Shown here in pieces: positions 34,584-44,523 of a DNA stretch of 64,000 nucleotides. The stretch comes from an uncultured Anaerolinea sp. GTDB lineage: Bacteria > Chloroflexota > Anaerolineae > Anaerolineales > UBA4823. The position numbers and the translations under genes were made by a program. Position 1 is the stretch's first letter. The number at the start of each line of letters is the position of its first letter. Under the pieces are notes generated by a model. The model searched no databases. It was given only the letters and a program-made list of their open reading frames with translations, and was not told the DNA's origin. The stretch lies in assembly GCA_964503625.1 (NCBI GenBank), contig CAZDAU010000001.1:2101-66100 (forward strand), written 5' to 3'.

Positions 34584-37013
34584 ATGACCAGAAACTGCTT
34601 GGACGAGACCATAACCTTGAAACGATTCCTGTTCCTGATCACCTTGACAATCTTCTTGAGCGGCTGCAACTTGCCTCCCCTGGTTGCCACCCCTCCCGTC
34701 TTCACTCCTGAAGAGGAAGTCGCCGCTGTCACCGAAACACCTCCCACCCCAGAGACCCTGATCACCTTCCGGATGGTGGCGCCTCAAAATTCGCCCACGG
34801 ACGGACTGGTTTACCTTTCTCTGCTGGACGAAGTGACCGGGCTGGCGTTGAACACCCAAATTAATCCGATGGAGCCGTTGCCTCCCGTTGAAGAAGGAGC
34901 TCCGCCGGCGTACCTGGTGACTTTGCCCTTCCCGATCGGTTCGGTGGTCAAATATCGCTATGAACGCCAGGTTGGGGATGTGCGAGTTGCTGAGCATCTG
35001 TCGGATGGCAGCGCTGTGCGCTACCGGATGTACTATGTCACAGGCCAGGGTTTCGTGGAAGATGTCGTCAGCCGCTGGACAGACACGGCCTATGAATCAC
35101 CCAGCGGTCGAATCATGGGCAGCGTGCAAGATGCAACCACCGAGAAGCCCATACCCAACTTGCTGGTGACAGCAGGCGGGGCGCAAACCCTGAGCGCTGC
35201 CGACGGCTCCTTTGTGCTGGAAGGCCTGCCGCCCGGTGTGCACAACCTGGTGGGTTATGCTCTGGACGGCTCCCACCAAACATTTCAGCAGGGCGCGCGG
35301 GTGGCAGCCGAGTCAACCACACCGGCCGTGTTAAAACTAAACCCAGCCCAAATGATCAAGGTGACCTTCGTCCTGCATGCCCCAGATGAGACCCCACCGG
35401 TGGTGCCGTTGCGCCTGGCAGGTAACCTTTTTGGTCTCGGCAACAGCTTCGCCAGCCTGAACGGAGGCATGAGCAGCCTGGCAGTGAACATGCCGGTTAT
35501 GTCGCAGCTTCCGGATGGTCGTTACACCATCACGCTTTCACTGCCGGTTGGGGCAGATATTCGCTATAAATACACCCTGGGAGATGGTTTCTGGAACGCC
35601 GAGCACAACCTGGATGGCAGTTTTCGCTTGCGGCAGCTGATCGTCCCCAAACAGACCCTGTTGGTGGAAGACACGGTGGAGACCTGGCGGGCCGGAGACA
35701 CAGATGACATCATCTTTGATGTGACTGTTCCGGACGACACACCGGCAACTGATTTTGTTTCCTTACAGTTCAATCCGCTGTTTGGTTGGACTGAGCCAAT
35801 CCCCATGTGGAAACTGGCCGAGAACCGTTGGGCTTACATCCTGTACAGCCCCCGTGATTTGCCTGGAAACCTGAGCTACCGTTATTGCCGCAACGGGCAA
35901 TGCGGCTACGCCGACGACGCGCAGACTCCTGGACTGTATGGCGAAGGACGCCCGGCCCCAAGAGGCGAAGGACCGCAGACTCAGAGGGATGAGGTTGAGG
36001 CCTGGGCAGATTGGAGCAATGTTCCAGAGAGCCAACTGCCGGAGGTGGAAGCTCAGGCGCGCGAGAGCTTTGCGCGGGGGATTGAAACCTTGCCGGATTA
36101 CCACCCTTCCTGGCGGATGCTGTTCCCGACAGCCTTGGATGATATTCAAGAAAGGCAGGCAAACTGGCTGGTATTTTCACCCACCTGGAGCTATGGGCGC
36201 GGCGGGGCAGGCAACAATCCGCCCATACTGGCCCAGCTACCTGGTAACGACGCGCTGTGGCCCGACCTTTTGGAAATCACCCAACAGGCCAAAACCAGGG
36301 GCTTACAACTGGCCATTTATCCGCAGCCCAGGTTAGCCATCCCGGTGGAAGATTGGTGGTCCGGAGCGCAGCGCGATGATCCGGGTTGGTGGCCGGTTTG
36401 GTTTGCCGAGTATCGCACTTTTGTCCTCCACCATGCCGAGCTGGCTTCGCAAAGCCAGGCCGAAGCGTTGATCTTGGGCGGCGACTGGCTATCTCCGGCG
36501 CTGCCCGGGGGAGAGCTGGCTGATGGCAGCCCTTCTGGCGTGCCGGCGGATGCTGAACAGCGCTGGCGCGATCTCATTGCTGAAGTGCGCAGCCGTTTTG
36601 GCGGGCAGTTGATCTGGTCCATCTCGAACAAGGGCATTGAAAGCCCGCCTCCCTTCCTGGATACAGTGGATCAGATCTACCTCACCATCCGGTTGGAGCC
36701 TGGGCAGAGTTTCAGCAGCATCCTGGGGATGGAACTGAGCGGCTGGCTGGATGGCGTTGTCTGGCCCGCCCAGCTTCTGGCAGACAGGCCACTGGCGCTG
36801 GCGGTTGAGCTGCCTGCCAGCCCCGACCTTCAGATGCAAGTCAACCTGTATCACACGGCCTTGAGCGCAGCCGGCGAGCGCGATTGGATCAGCGGGTTCA
36901 TCAGCCAGGGCTATTTTCCCCCGGCGGCGCTAAAAGATGCCTCAACCTCGGTGCATGGCAAGTCTGCCAGCGACTTGTTGCAAACCTGGTTTAAAACGTT
37001 GAGCGGGAATTAA
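34584..37013 (+). CDS. large secreted lipoprotein with carboxypeptidase-regulatory-like and putative glycan-binding/hydrolase-like regions
   Basis: Lipobox TIFLSGC. GRIMGSVQDATTEKPIPNLLVTAGGAQTLSAADGSFVLEGLPPGVHNL is a CarboxypepD_reg-like segment. The rest is unassigned. The ORF track starts at TTG 34572. Confidence 0.6.
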   Translation: MTRNCLDETITLKRFLFLITLTIFLSGCNLPPLVATPPVFTPEEEVAAVTETPPTPETLITFRMVAPQNSPTDGLVYLSLLDEVTGLALNTQINPMEPLPPVEEGAPPAYLVTLPFPIGSVVKYRYERQVGDVRVAEHLSDGSAVRYRMYYVTGQGFVEDVVSRWTDTAYESPSGRIMGSVQDATTEKPIPNLLVTAGGAQTLSAADGSFVLEGLPPGVHNLVGYALDGSHQTFQQGARVAAESTTPAVLKLNPAQMIKVTFVLHAPDETPPVVPLRLAGNLFGLGNSFASLNGGMSSLAVNMPVMSQLPDGRYTITLSLPVGADIRYKYTLGDGFWNAEHNLDGSFRLRQLIVPKQTLLVEDTVETWRAGDTDDIIFDVTVPDDTPATDFVSLQFNPLFGWTEPIPMWKLAENRWAYILYSPRDLPGNLSYRYCRNGQCGYADDAQTPGLYGEGRPAPRGEGPQTQRDEVEAWADWSNVPESQLPEVEAQARESFARGIETLPDYHPSWRMLFPTALDDIQERQANWLVFSPTWSYGRGGAGNNPPILAQLPGNDALWPDLLEITQQAKTRGLQLAIYPQPRLAIPVEDWWSGAQRDDPGWWPVWFAEYRTFVLHHAELASQSQAEALILGGDWLSPALPGGELADGSPSGVPADAEQRWRDLIAEVRSRFGGQLIWSISNKGIESPPPFLDTVDQIYLTIRLEPGQSFSSILGMELSGWLDGVVWPAQLLADRPLALAVELPASPDLQMQVNLYHTALSAAGERDWISGFISQGYFPPAALKDASTSVHGKSASDLLQTWFKTLSGN

Positions 37014-37267
37014 CCGGCTGGCTTACCTGAGCCTCCTGAAATTGCGGGCATCAGATTCACCCGGTCGCCATCGGCAAGCAAGGTATGCTCATCCGACATG
37101 ACCCCGTTGACCACCAGCATGATCTGCTCGGGGTCATATTCGACTTGTAGTTCACGCAGCAGGTCCGTCAAGTCGCTGCCTGCCGGCAGGCTCACTTCAA
37201 GCTGGCGGATGATCCCTTGCGGTGTGTGGCGCTGCAGAACGGTGTGCAGGTAGACGGAAACAAGCAT
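37010..37267 (-). CDS. ThiS/MoaD-family beta-grasp protein with Gly-Gly followed by a 6-residue tail
   Basis: 85 aa from ATG 37267: MLVSVYLHTVLQRH...IMLVVNGVMSDEHTLLADGDRVNLMPAISGG-SGKPAG. The longer ORF to 37366 would overlap the divergent nucleosidase gene. Confidence 0.6.
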   Translation of the reverse strand: MLVSVYLHTVLQRHTPQGIIRQLEVSLPAGSDLTDLLRELQVEYDPEQIMLVVNGVMSDEHTLLADGDRVNLMPAISGGSGKPAG

Positions 37268-37332
37268 AGGGCAAGGTGCCTTTCCTGGGTGGATGATAGT
37301 GAAAGCGGGGCTATCTGTCAAGGTTGTCAGGT

Positions 37333-37338
37333 TATAAT
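37333..37338 (+). promoter_or_regulatory. TATAAT -10 box 7 nt upstream of the nucleosidase ATG (leaderless-type)
   Basis: ggtTATAATtccgtttATG. No SD. Confidence 0.35.
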
Positions 37339-37345
37339 TCCGTTT

Positions 37346-38038
37346 ATGGATGCTTTCCCAGAACATGCTATCCTGGTCCTGATCTCCGCCGACGCAGAAT
37401 GGCGGGCAATCAGCAGGCTAATCCCTGCTCCACCGCGCCTGGTTTCGCCTTTCGGAGAATATTTTTCAGTCCGTCTCGGAATGGAGACGTACTTGTTTTT
37501 CCAGGGCGGTTGGGGAAAAATTGCTGCTGCTGCTTCGACACAGTATGTGATCGATCGCTGGAGACCCAGGCTGCTGGTCAACCTGGGTACATGCGGCGGG
37601 TTTGAGGGGCGAATCGAACGCGGCACCATCTTGCTGGTAGAGAAGACCATCGTTTATGACATCACCGAGCAGATGGGCGATGCACAAGGCGCCATTGACC
37701 ATTACACCACCGATATCGATCTCTCCTGGCTGCGCCAGCCCTATCCGCTGGCAGTCCGGCGGTCACTGTTGGTCTCCGGAGACCGGGACTTGCTGGTTGA
37801 AGACGTGCCACGCCTGGCTGCCCGGTATGGCGCAGTGGCTGGGGATTGGGAATCGGGGGCAATCGCCTGGGCAGCGGCGCGCAGCCATACCCCGCTGCTG
37901 ATCCTACGTGGCGTGACAGACCTGGTAGGCGCTTCGGGCGGTGAGGCGTATGGCGACCTAGCGCTGTTTGAACAGGCAGCAGAAGAAGTCCTAGCCAGGC
38001 TGGTCCAGTCCCTGCCAGGGTGGAAGCATATCCTGTGA
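37346..38038 (+). CDS. PNP_UDP_1-family nucleosidase (MTA/SAH nucleosidase or futalosine hydrolase type)
   Basis: 230 aa. GGWGKIAAAASTQYVIDRWRPRLLVNLGTCGGF, VSGDRDL, GDWESGAIAWAAARSHTPLLILRGVTDLV. Confidence 0.7.
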   Translation: MDAFPEHAILVLISADAEWRAISRLIPAPPRLVSPFGEYFSVRLGMETYLFFQGGWGKIAAAASTQYVIDRWRPRLLVNLGTCGGFEGRIERGTILLVEKTIVYDITEQMGDAQGAIDHYTTDIDLSWLRQPYPLAVRRSLLVSGDRDLLVEDVPRLAARYGAVAGDWESGAIAWAAARSHTPLLILRGVTDLVGASGGEAYGDLALFEQAAEEVLARLVQSLPGWKHIL

Positions 38039-38199
38039 CCGGTCCAAAAATCTGGAGCCGTAACGCCTGCAGCTCTTTTCCTGACCCTGCCGGTGCAAAA
38101 TTGCTCAATCTCTGGTACACTAAAAATAAATGACCGTGTTCGCAATTTTTCCGTGCGGTCATGGCTTTCAACCCACCGATCCATCATTGGAGTGTTGAA

Positions 38200-41007
38200 A
38201 TGAGACAAAAACCCAATTTTGCCAGGCGGACGAAACCCAAAAGCCTTCGCCTACTATTGCTTCTGCCATTGATCGCCTTCATGATGATCCGGCTCAACTC
38301 CCAGCCTGCTCAGGCTTCACCATCACCGTCCCAGGCAGAGGAGTCCATCGAAGGGCCGTTCTTTGGCAAGACCGTTGAGCCCCATGTATTCAACGGAAGC
38401 CTGTTCGACCTGCCAGTCTCAGACGAGCCTGTGACTTTCCAACCGAAACCCCTGCGCTACACGCCAGGCCAGACTCCAAAAGGCGCCTCAACCATCATTC
38501 TCAACTGGGACGACCCGGTGGCGCAGGATGAGCCCGTCGCCGGGCTGATGCCCGACCCAATATTCACTTTCCCCGGCATATCGAACTATTCGCAGCCAGC
38601 TCGCTCCTGGCCGCCAGACACCAATGGGGATGTTGGACCCAACCATTACGTTCAAACCGTCAACACCTCGATTGGTATCTACAACAAGAACACCGGTGCG
38701 CTGATTCGGCAGATTACATTTAACGATTTTTTCCTTGATTTCGGCACAGCATGCGACAACGGACACAGCGGCGACCCGGTTGTGGTCTATGACCGTTTTG
38801 CCCAGCGCTGGGTGATCTCTGATTTTAAAGTTTACGACAATGGTCCCTACTACGAATGTGTAGCCGTCTCCCAGACCAGCGATCCTACCGGCGGCTGGTA
38901 TTATTACGACATTCGAATCAGCACTTCATCCCTGAACGACTACCCCAAACTGGGGGTCTGGCGCGATAGTTACTTTTTCACCTTCAACATGTTTTCAAAT
39001 TTTGGCACTACCTGGGGCGGTGTACAGGTTTGGGCGCTGGAAAAAGCCCGTATGCTTGCCGGCCAGTCGATCACGCCAGTTTATTTCAGCTTGAACGCAG
39101 ACTCGGGCTACAGCAGCTTGCTGCCCGCCCATGCCCTAAGCCTGCCGCCGATGGGCGCGCCAAATTATCTTGCCTCGGTTGAACAGCCAGGCAGCGTGCT
39201 GATTTGGGAATTCACGCCCAACTGGCTCAACCCGAGTGCTTCCACGTTCACCGGCCCAATTGAGCTAAGCGTGGCGCCGTTTGCATTGGCCGCATCCATT
39301 CCTCAGCCCGTCACTTCAAATGTCTTGGACAGCCTGAGCTACCGCCCAATGATGCAACTCATCTATCGGATGGTGAACGGGGTGGAATCGCTGTGGCTCA
39401 CTCACACTGTCGCCAGCGGTGGGGTGGCTGGTATGCGCTGGTATGAAGTGCGCCAGCCAGGTACAGCGCCGGTTGTGCACCAGCAAGGCACCTACCAGCC
39501 AGACGATCATCACCGCTGGATGGGCTCGCTTTCAGTGGACCAGGACGGCAACATGGCCTTGGGGTACAGCATTGGCAGCCGCACCCTGTATCCAAGCATC
39601 CGTTACACCGGAAGGCTGGCGGATGAGACGGTTGGGCTGCTGCCGCAAGGTGAAAAAACGATGTTCACCGGCACTACCTATCAATCCTCCTACACCCGCT
39701 GGGGCGATTACAGCGCCATGGCAGTGGACCCAACCGATGACTGCACCTTTTATTACACCACCGAGTATTACCTCTCAGGAGTCGTCAATTCAAATGTAAA
39801 CTGGCAGACCGGCGTGGGCGCATTTAGGTACCCTTCCTGCGGGCAGCCCAAAGGCCGCATTCACGGGGCAGTGCGCGATTCAATCTCGAATCTTCCCATT
39901 CCAGGTGTCCAGGTGGTGGCCGATTCGGCAACACAGAAGATGACCGTTACATCGGATAGCACAGGCTTTTACACGATCACCCTGGCTGCCGATACATTCA
40001 GCCTGACAGCCGGACCTCTGCTGCCAGGATATCCTGAATCGTACACCATCAACAACGTGCCATTAACGGCTGGCATAACCACCGAGCAAGATCTGTACCT
40101 GGGGCCAGTTCCGAACCTTGTGAGCGATGGTCAAACCGTGGACGACAATGTACCCACAGCAAACAACAACGGCTATGCCGAACCCGGCGAGTCCGATCTG
40201 AACTTGTGGACTGCAATTGAAAACAACGGAGCGCTGGATTCTACCAATGTCACCGCTCAGCTCACCAGCCTGACCAGCGGAGTGACCGTCGGCACGGATA
40301 CGGTGCAGTTCCCAGATATTGCCAGCGGCCAGACTGAGATTGCTCTGGCACCGTTCAGCTTTTCCGTGGATCGCAGCGTGGTTTGCGGCACCGATCTCCT
40401 GTTTCTCGCCACCGTCACCGACACGCTGAAGACCTACACGCTCAACTACTCGGTGGTGGCTGCCATTCCGTTGCCACGGCGCGATCTGATTAACCACACG
40501 GTAGAGAACGGGGCAGAAGGCTGGACAACCGTAGGTTCACCCCAGGTCTGGCAGATCACCAACTCAACCTCGAATAGCCCAACCCAATCCTGGACAGACA
40601 GCCCGGCTGGAGACTATGCCAATTACACAACCTCGTACCTGTATTCGCCGGTCTTGAGCACCTGGCATATGAACAAACTGCGTCTGAGTTTTTGGACCCG
40701 GTACGAACTGGAAGCCGGCTATGACTATGTCTTCCTGGATTATACGACAGACGGAGGCCAAACCTGGAGCGGCGACTCTGATGCGTTGGCAACGCTCAAT
40801 GGCGTGCAGACAGAATGGCAACAAATAACCCTGGATATACCTGAGTTGCAGGATGTCAGCCAGCTAGCCTTCCGGTTCCGCCTGCTGACAGATAGCAGCG
40901 TGACCTTTGACGGCGTGTATGTGGATGATATTGTGATTTCTTTTGAGCCTTACACCTGCGAATATGGCATGGAGCTTTCTGGTTACCTGCCCCTGGTGTA
41001 CCGCTAA
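38200..41007 (+). CDS. large secreted protein: unknown ~500-aa N-domain, CarboxypepD_reg-like domain, MAM/choice-of-anchor-J-like C-domain
   Basis: ATG 38200 has GGAG 8 nt upstream. Signal MRQKPNFARRTKPKSLRLLLLLPLIAFMMI. GRIHGAVRDSISNLPIPGVQVVADS...TGFYTITL. C-terminal ...WTRYELEAGYDYVFLDYTTDGGQTW.... Confidence 0.6.
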   Translation: MRQKPNFARRTKPKSLRLLLLLPLIAFMMIRLNSQPAQASPSPSQAEESIEGPFFGKTVEPHVFNGSLFDLPVSDEPVTFQPKPLRYTPGQTPKGASTIILNWDDPVAQDEPVAGLMPDPIFTFPGISNYSQPARSWPPDTNGDVGPNHYVQTVNTSIGIYNKNTGALIRQITFNDFFLDFGTACDNGHSGDPVVVYDRFAQRWVISDFKVYDNGPYYECVAVSQTSDPTGGWYYYDIRISTSSLNDYPKLGVWRDSYFFTFNMFSNFGTTWGGVQVWALEKARMLAGQSITPVYFSLNADSGYSSLLPAHALSLPPMGAPNYLASVEQPGSVLIWEFTPNWLNPSASTFTGPIELSVAPFALAASIPQPVTSNVLDSLSYRPMMQLIYRMVNGVESLWLTHTVASGGVAGMRWYEVRQPGTAPVVHQQGTYQPDDHHRWMGSLSVDQDGNMALGYSIGSRTLYPSIRYTGRLADETVGLLPQGEKTMFTGTTYQSSYTRWGDYSAMAVDPTDDCTFYYTTEYYLSGVVNSNVNWQTGVGAFRYPSCGQPKGRIHGAVRDSISNLPIPGVQVVADSATQKMTVTSDSTGFYTITLAADTFSLTAGPLLPGYPESYTINNVPLTAGITTEQDLYLGPVPNLVSDGQTVDDNVPTANNNGYAEPGESDLNLWTAIENNGALDSTNVTAQLTSLTSGVTVGTDTVQFPDIASGQTEIALAPFSFSVDRSVVCGTDLLFLATVTDTLKTYTLNYSVVAAIPLPRRDLINHTVENGAEGWTTVGSPQVWQITNSTSNSPTQSWTDSPAGDYANYTTSYLYSPVLSTWHMNKLRLSFWTRYELEAGYDYVFLDYTTDGGQTWSGDSDALATLNGVQTEWQQITLDIPELQDVSQLAFRFRLLTDSSVTFDGVYVDDIVISFEPYTCEYGMELSGYLPLVYR

Positions 41008-41064
41008 GCCTGCTTTTGCATGGCGCACCTCAGGCTCAGAAAAAAAGCTATCGAGGAGGATCGG

Positions 41065-42888
41065 ATGCAGCCAATCCTTAAAATTGACCTGACAAATGGA
41101 AAGGTCGAGCAGATGGTCATACCGCCTGCCTGGGAGCAAGATTTTCTGGGCGGAGCATCTCTGGCGGCCCGCTTGCTCTATGATCGCCTGACACCGGCCC
41201 TGGAACCGCTATCGCCGCAGGCACCGCTTCTATTTATGAACGGCCCTCTCTCGGGAACTTCTGGTCCAGCGGTGGGACGTTTTGTTGTCTGTGGGCGATC
41301 CCCGGCGACCGGTTTATGGGGCGAGTCAAATTGCGGCGGTTTTTGGGGGCCAGAATTACGCATGGCAGGTTTTGATGGATTGTGGGTCGAAGGCCGCGCG
41401 GATATACCGGTTTACCTGTGGATCCAGGACGGAAAGGTCGAAATCCGCCCGGCAAATCACCTGTGGGGTCAAGATACCTACCAAACTCAAGAGCTGATTG
41501 AAGCCGAGCTGGGTGCAGGCAAAGTCCGAGTGGCATCGATTGGTATGGCTGGCGAAGCGCGCATCCCCTACTCCCTGATCTTGTGTGATCATGGGCGTGT
41601 TGCTGGGCGTACCGGGATGGGAGCTTTAATGGGCTCAAAAAACTTGAAAGCGGTGGCGGTGCAAGGCCACGGAAAGGTGCCGGTGGCGGATTCTGCCCGC
41701 TATGCACTGGCGCGCTCGGAGGCAAACCGGGCGCTGCGCAGCGATTCGATGACCCAGGTGATGCGTGAGCTGGGCACTTCTGGAGCGGCGGAGTATTTCG
41801 ATTACCTGGGAGAGATGCCCAAGCGATACTATCATCAGGGCACATATCACGAAGATATGCGCGTCTCTGGAGCCGCAATGAAAGAGACGATCCTGGTGGG
41901 AGTGAGCGCCTGCCACGCCTGTGTGATTGCCTGTGGGCGAGTGGTGCGGCTGGAAGACGGCCAAAAACGCAAAGGGCCAGAATATGAGACCCTGGTGGGC
42001 TTTGGACCGAACCTGATGCTCAATGACCCGGTGTTGGCTACCCGGCTGGGCGAACTGTGCGACCGCTATGGGATGGACACCATCAGCATGAGCAACACCA
42101 TTGGCCTGGCTTTTCACCTTTATGAAATGGGCAAGATCACAAGCCAGGATACCGGAGGATTAGAGCTTGTTTGGGGCAACGCCGCAGTGGTAGAACCGTT
42201 GATCCAAATGACGGTCAGACGACAGGGTTTCGGCGATTGCCTGGCAGATGGTGCCCTGGCCTTGGGACGGCATTTCGGAGCCGAAGACGAGGCTGTGCAG
42301 GTCAACGGCTTAGAAGTTGCCTACCATGACCCGCGCGGCGCCACAGGCATGGCGCTGGTTTACGCCACATCTCCACGCGGGGCATGCCACAACCAGTCGG
42401 ATTACTTCTTCGTTGACCTGGGCCAGGTTGAAGTCAGCCTGGGAATGGAGTTTCATGACCGGCGTGGCGGCGCTGAAAAAGCGCACAATGTGGCCATCCA
42501 TCAAAACTGGCGCACAGTCTTCAATTCCCTGGTGCTCTGCATCTTTTCAAATGTATCCCCGGAGACGGTGGTCAGCCTGATCAACGAAGCCTGCGGGTAT
42601 CGTTGGACGATCAACGAGATGCTCTGTGCAGGAGAGCGGGGTTGGAACCTGAAACGGGCCATCAACCATCGATTAGGGCTATCGCGACTCAACGACCGGC
42701 TGCCCAAGACGCTGATCCAGCCTTACCATGACTGCCTGCCGCGAGAAAGTTGCTTTGTGCCAGAATTTGATTCCATGATGAAGGCCTACTATGAAGCCCG
42801 CGGCTGGGATCCAGAGACAGGCTACCCCACCCGGCAAAAGCTGAATGGGCTGGGTTTAGATTTCGTCATTGAGGATTTGTACCCGTGA
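41065..42888 (+). CDS. aldehyde:ferredoxin oxidoreductase family (tungsto/molybdopterin) enzyme
   Basis: 607 aa. MQPILKIDLTNGKVEQMVIP..., [4Fe-4S] motif CHACVIAC (C-x2-C-x3-C). GAGGAGG SD upstream. Confidence 0.85.
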   Translation: MQPILKIDLTNGKVEQMVIPPAWEQDFLGGASLAARLLYDRLTPALEPLSPQAPLLFMNGPLSGTSGPAVGRFVVCGRSPATGLWGESNCGGFWGPELRMAGFDGLWVEGRADIPVYLWIQDGKVEIRPANHLWGQDTYQTQELIEAELGAGKVRVASIGMAGEARIPYSLILCDHGRVAGRTGMGALMGSKNLKAVAVQGHGKVPVADSARYALARSEANRALRSDSMTQVMRELGTSGAAEYFDYLGEMPKRYYHQGTYHEDMRVSGAAMKETILVGVSACHACVIACGRVVRLEDGQKRKGPEYETLVGFGPNLMLNDPVLATRLGELCDRYGMDTISMSNTIGLAFHLYEMGKITSQDTGGLELVWGNAAVVEPLIQMTVRRQGFGDCLADGALALGRHFGAEDEAVQVNGLEVAYHDPRGATGMALVYATSPRGACHNQSDYFFVDLGQVEVSLGMEFHDRRGGAEKAHNVAIHQNWRTVFNSLVLCIFSNVSPETVVSLINEACGYRWTINEMLCAGERGWNLKRAINHRLGLSRLNDRLPKTLIQPYHDCLPRESCFVPEFDSMMKAYYEARGWDPETGYPTRQKLNGLGLDFVIEDLYP

Positions 42889-44459
42889 CCGAAAAATATG
42901 TCAGCGTCGCAGAAATGCAGGCCATTGAACGCCAGGCAAACGCAGGTGGGTTGAGCTATGAGCGGATGATGGAGAACGCCGGTCATGGTCTGGCGGAGGT
43001 CGTTCAGGAAAAGTATGGCTACCTGGCTGAGGATGGCGCGCTGGGATTGGTGGGCTCAGGCAACAACGGCGGCGATACGCTGGTGGCTCTGGCGTACCTG
43101 GCGGAGGAGGGATGGAAAACCTGCGCAGCGATCATTCGTCCACGCCCTGCCGATGATCCACTGATCGCCCGGTTGCAGGCCGCCGGCGGGCAGGTAGCCC
43201 GGCTGGACGAGCATTTTGATCCTCAGGCATTGGGGCAACTGCTGCACCAACATGGCCTGCTGCTCGACGGCGTGCTGGGCACCGGCGCGCGCCTGCCGCT
43301 CAAGACTGAAGTCGCCCAGGTGTTGGATTTCACTCGCCGCCAGTTGCATGCTATGGAGAATCCGCCGGTCGTGATTGCGGTGGACTGCCCCTCTGGGGTG
43401 GATTGCGACAGCGGCGAAGCTGCAGATGAGTGCATCCCCGCTGAGACAACCGTGACGATGGCGGCAGTCAAGCAAGGGCTGCTCAAATTTCCGGCCTACA
43501 GGCTGGTGGGCGAGCTCCAGGTGGTGGGGATTGGCCTGGCCGAAAGCGGGCTTGAGTTGCCTGCCTGGGAGCAAGTCCGCTCCAGCCTGCCTGATTTGGA
43601 ATGGGTGCGGGCGGTGTTGCCAGAGCGCCCGCCAGACGCCCACAAAGGCACCTTTGGAACGGCGTTGATTGCAGCGGGCTCGGCAAATTACACTGGCGCA
43701 GCCTGGCTGGCAGGGCAGGCCGCCTACCGGGTTGGGGCGGGTTTGGTGACACTGGCAGTTCCAGCACCCCTTCACGCTGCTCTGGCAGGGCAGTTTCCGG
43801 AAGCGACCTGGGTGTTGCTACCCCATCAGGATGGCTTCATAGCCGCCGAGGCCAGCGCAGCGCTTCAGACGCACCTCGGAAGGGCAACGACTCTGCTGGT
43901 GGGGCCGGGTTTTGGGCTTGAGCAGACGACCGCCCAGTTTCTGGAAAGGCTGCTTGGCAATGAGCAAGCCAGCCTGCCGCCCCTGGTTGTGGATGCGGAT
44001 GGGCTGAAATTGCTCCAGCGGCTGCCAGACTGGTCCAGGCGCTTGCCACCCCTCACCGTGCTGACGCCCCATCCCGGCGAGATGTCGGTGCTCACCGGGC
44101 TGCCCAAGGACCAGATCCAGGCAGACCGTTTGGGGCTGGCCCGGCATTACAGTCAGGAATGGGGTCACATTGTGGTGCTAAAAGGGGCCTTTACGGTGAT
44201 AGCTGCGCCGGATGGGGAGGCAGCCATCATCCCGGTAGCAACTCCGGCGCTGGCCCGGGCAGGCACAGGGGACGTGCTGGCAGGACTGATCGCCGGGCTG
44301 CGTGCCCAGGGGGTTCAGGCTTTGGAAGCCGCCGTTGCAGGCGCGTGGATCCACGCCTACGCCGGCTTATTGGCAATAGAACAGGTGGGCAACCCGGCTT
44401 CGGTGCTGGCGGGGGATGTGCTGAGAGCCGCGGTCTCGATCATCAACGATTTGATCTGA
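42885..44459 (+). CDS. nnr: bifunctional NAD(P)H-hydrate repair enzyme (epimerase + ADP-dependent dehydratase)
   Basis: 524 aa. YjeF-N GSGNNGGDTLVA. Kinase-fold HKGTFG, GPGFGL, GTGDVLAG. The GTG start overlaps the AOR stop (GTGA). Confidence 0.85.
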   Translation: MTEKYVSVAEMQAIERQANAGGLSYERMMENAGHGLAEVVQEKYGYLAEDGALGLVGSGNNGGDTLVALAYLAEEGWKTCAAIIRPRPADDPLIARLQAAGGQVARLDEHFDPQALGQLLHQHGLLLDGVLGTGARLPLKTEVAQVLDFTRRQLHAMENPPVVIAVDCPSGVDCDSGEAADECIPAETTVTMAAVKQGLLKFPAYRLVGELQVVGIGLAESGLELPAWEQVRSSLPDLEWVRAVLPERPPDAHKGTFGTALIAAGSANYTGAAWLAGQAAYRVGAGLVTLAVPAPLHAALAGQFPEATWVLLPHQDGFIAAEASAALQTHLGRATTLLVGPGFGLEQTTAQFLERLLGNEQASLPPLVVDADGLKLLQRLPDWSRRLPPLTVLTPHPGEMSVLTGLPKDQIQADRLGLARHYSQEWGHIVVLKGAFTVIAAPDGEAAIIPVATPALARAGTGDVLAGLIAGLRAQGVQALEAAVAGAWIHAYAGLLAIEQVGNPASVLAGDVLRAAVSIINDLI

Positions 44460-44460
44460 A

Positions 44461-44498
44461 TACCGTCCGACACGACATTTTTGTCGCATCGGACGGTA
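44461..44498. terminator. long hairpin between convergent nnr and ytxH (bidirectional terminator candidate)
   Basis: TACCGTCCGA-CACGACA-TTTT-TGTCG-CA-TCGGACGGTA. It has a 10-bp outer and a 5-bp inner stem and starts 2 nt after the nnr stop. Confidence 0.6.
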
Positions 44499-44523
44499 AC
44501 AGCGCTTAGTTTCCTGCGGCTAG

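Noticed and set aside
33739-34997. 239-aa and 271-aa minus-strand ORFs across the UDG-like gene and the start of the lipoprotein gene.
   Set aside because: Both overlap better-supported plus-strand genes, have no SD and are Arg/Gln/Pro-rich. Other long antisense ORFs were rejected likewise, for example 17550-18212, 43056-43775, 53011-53613 and 55284-55916.
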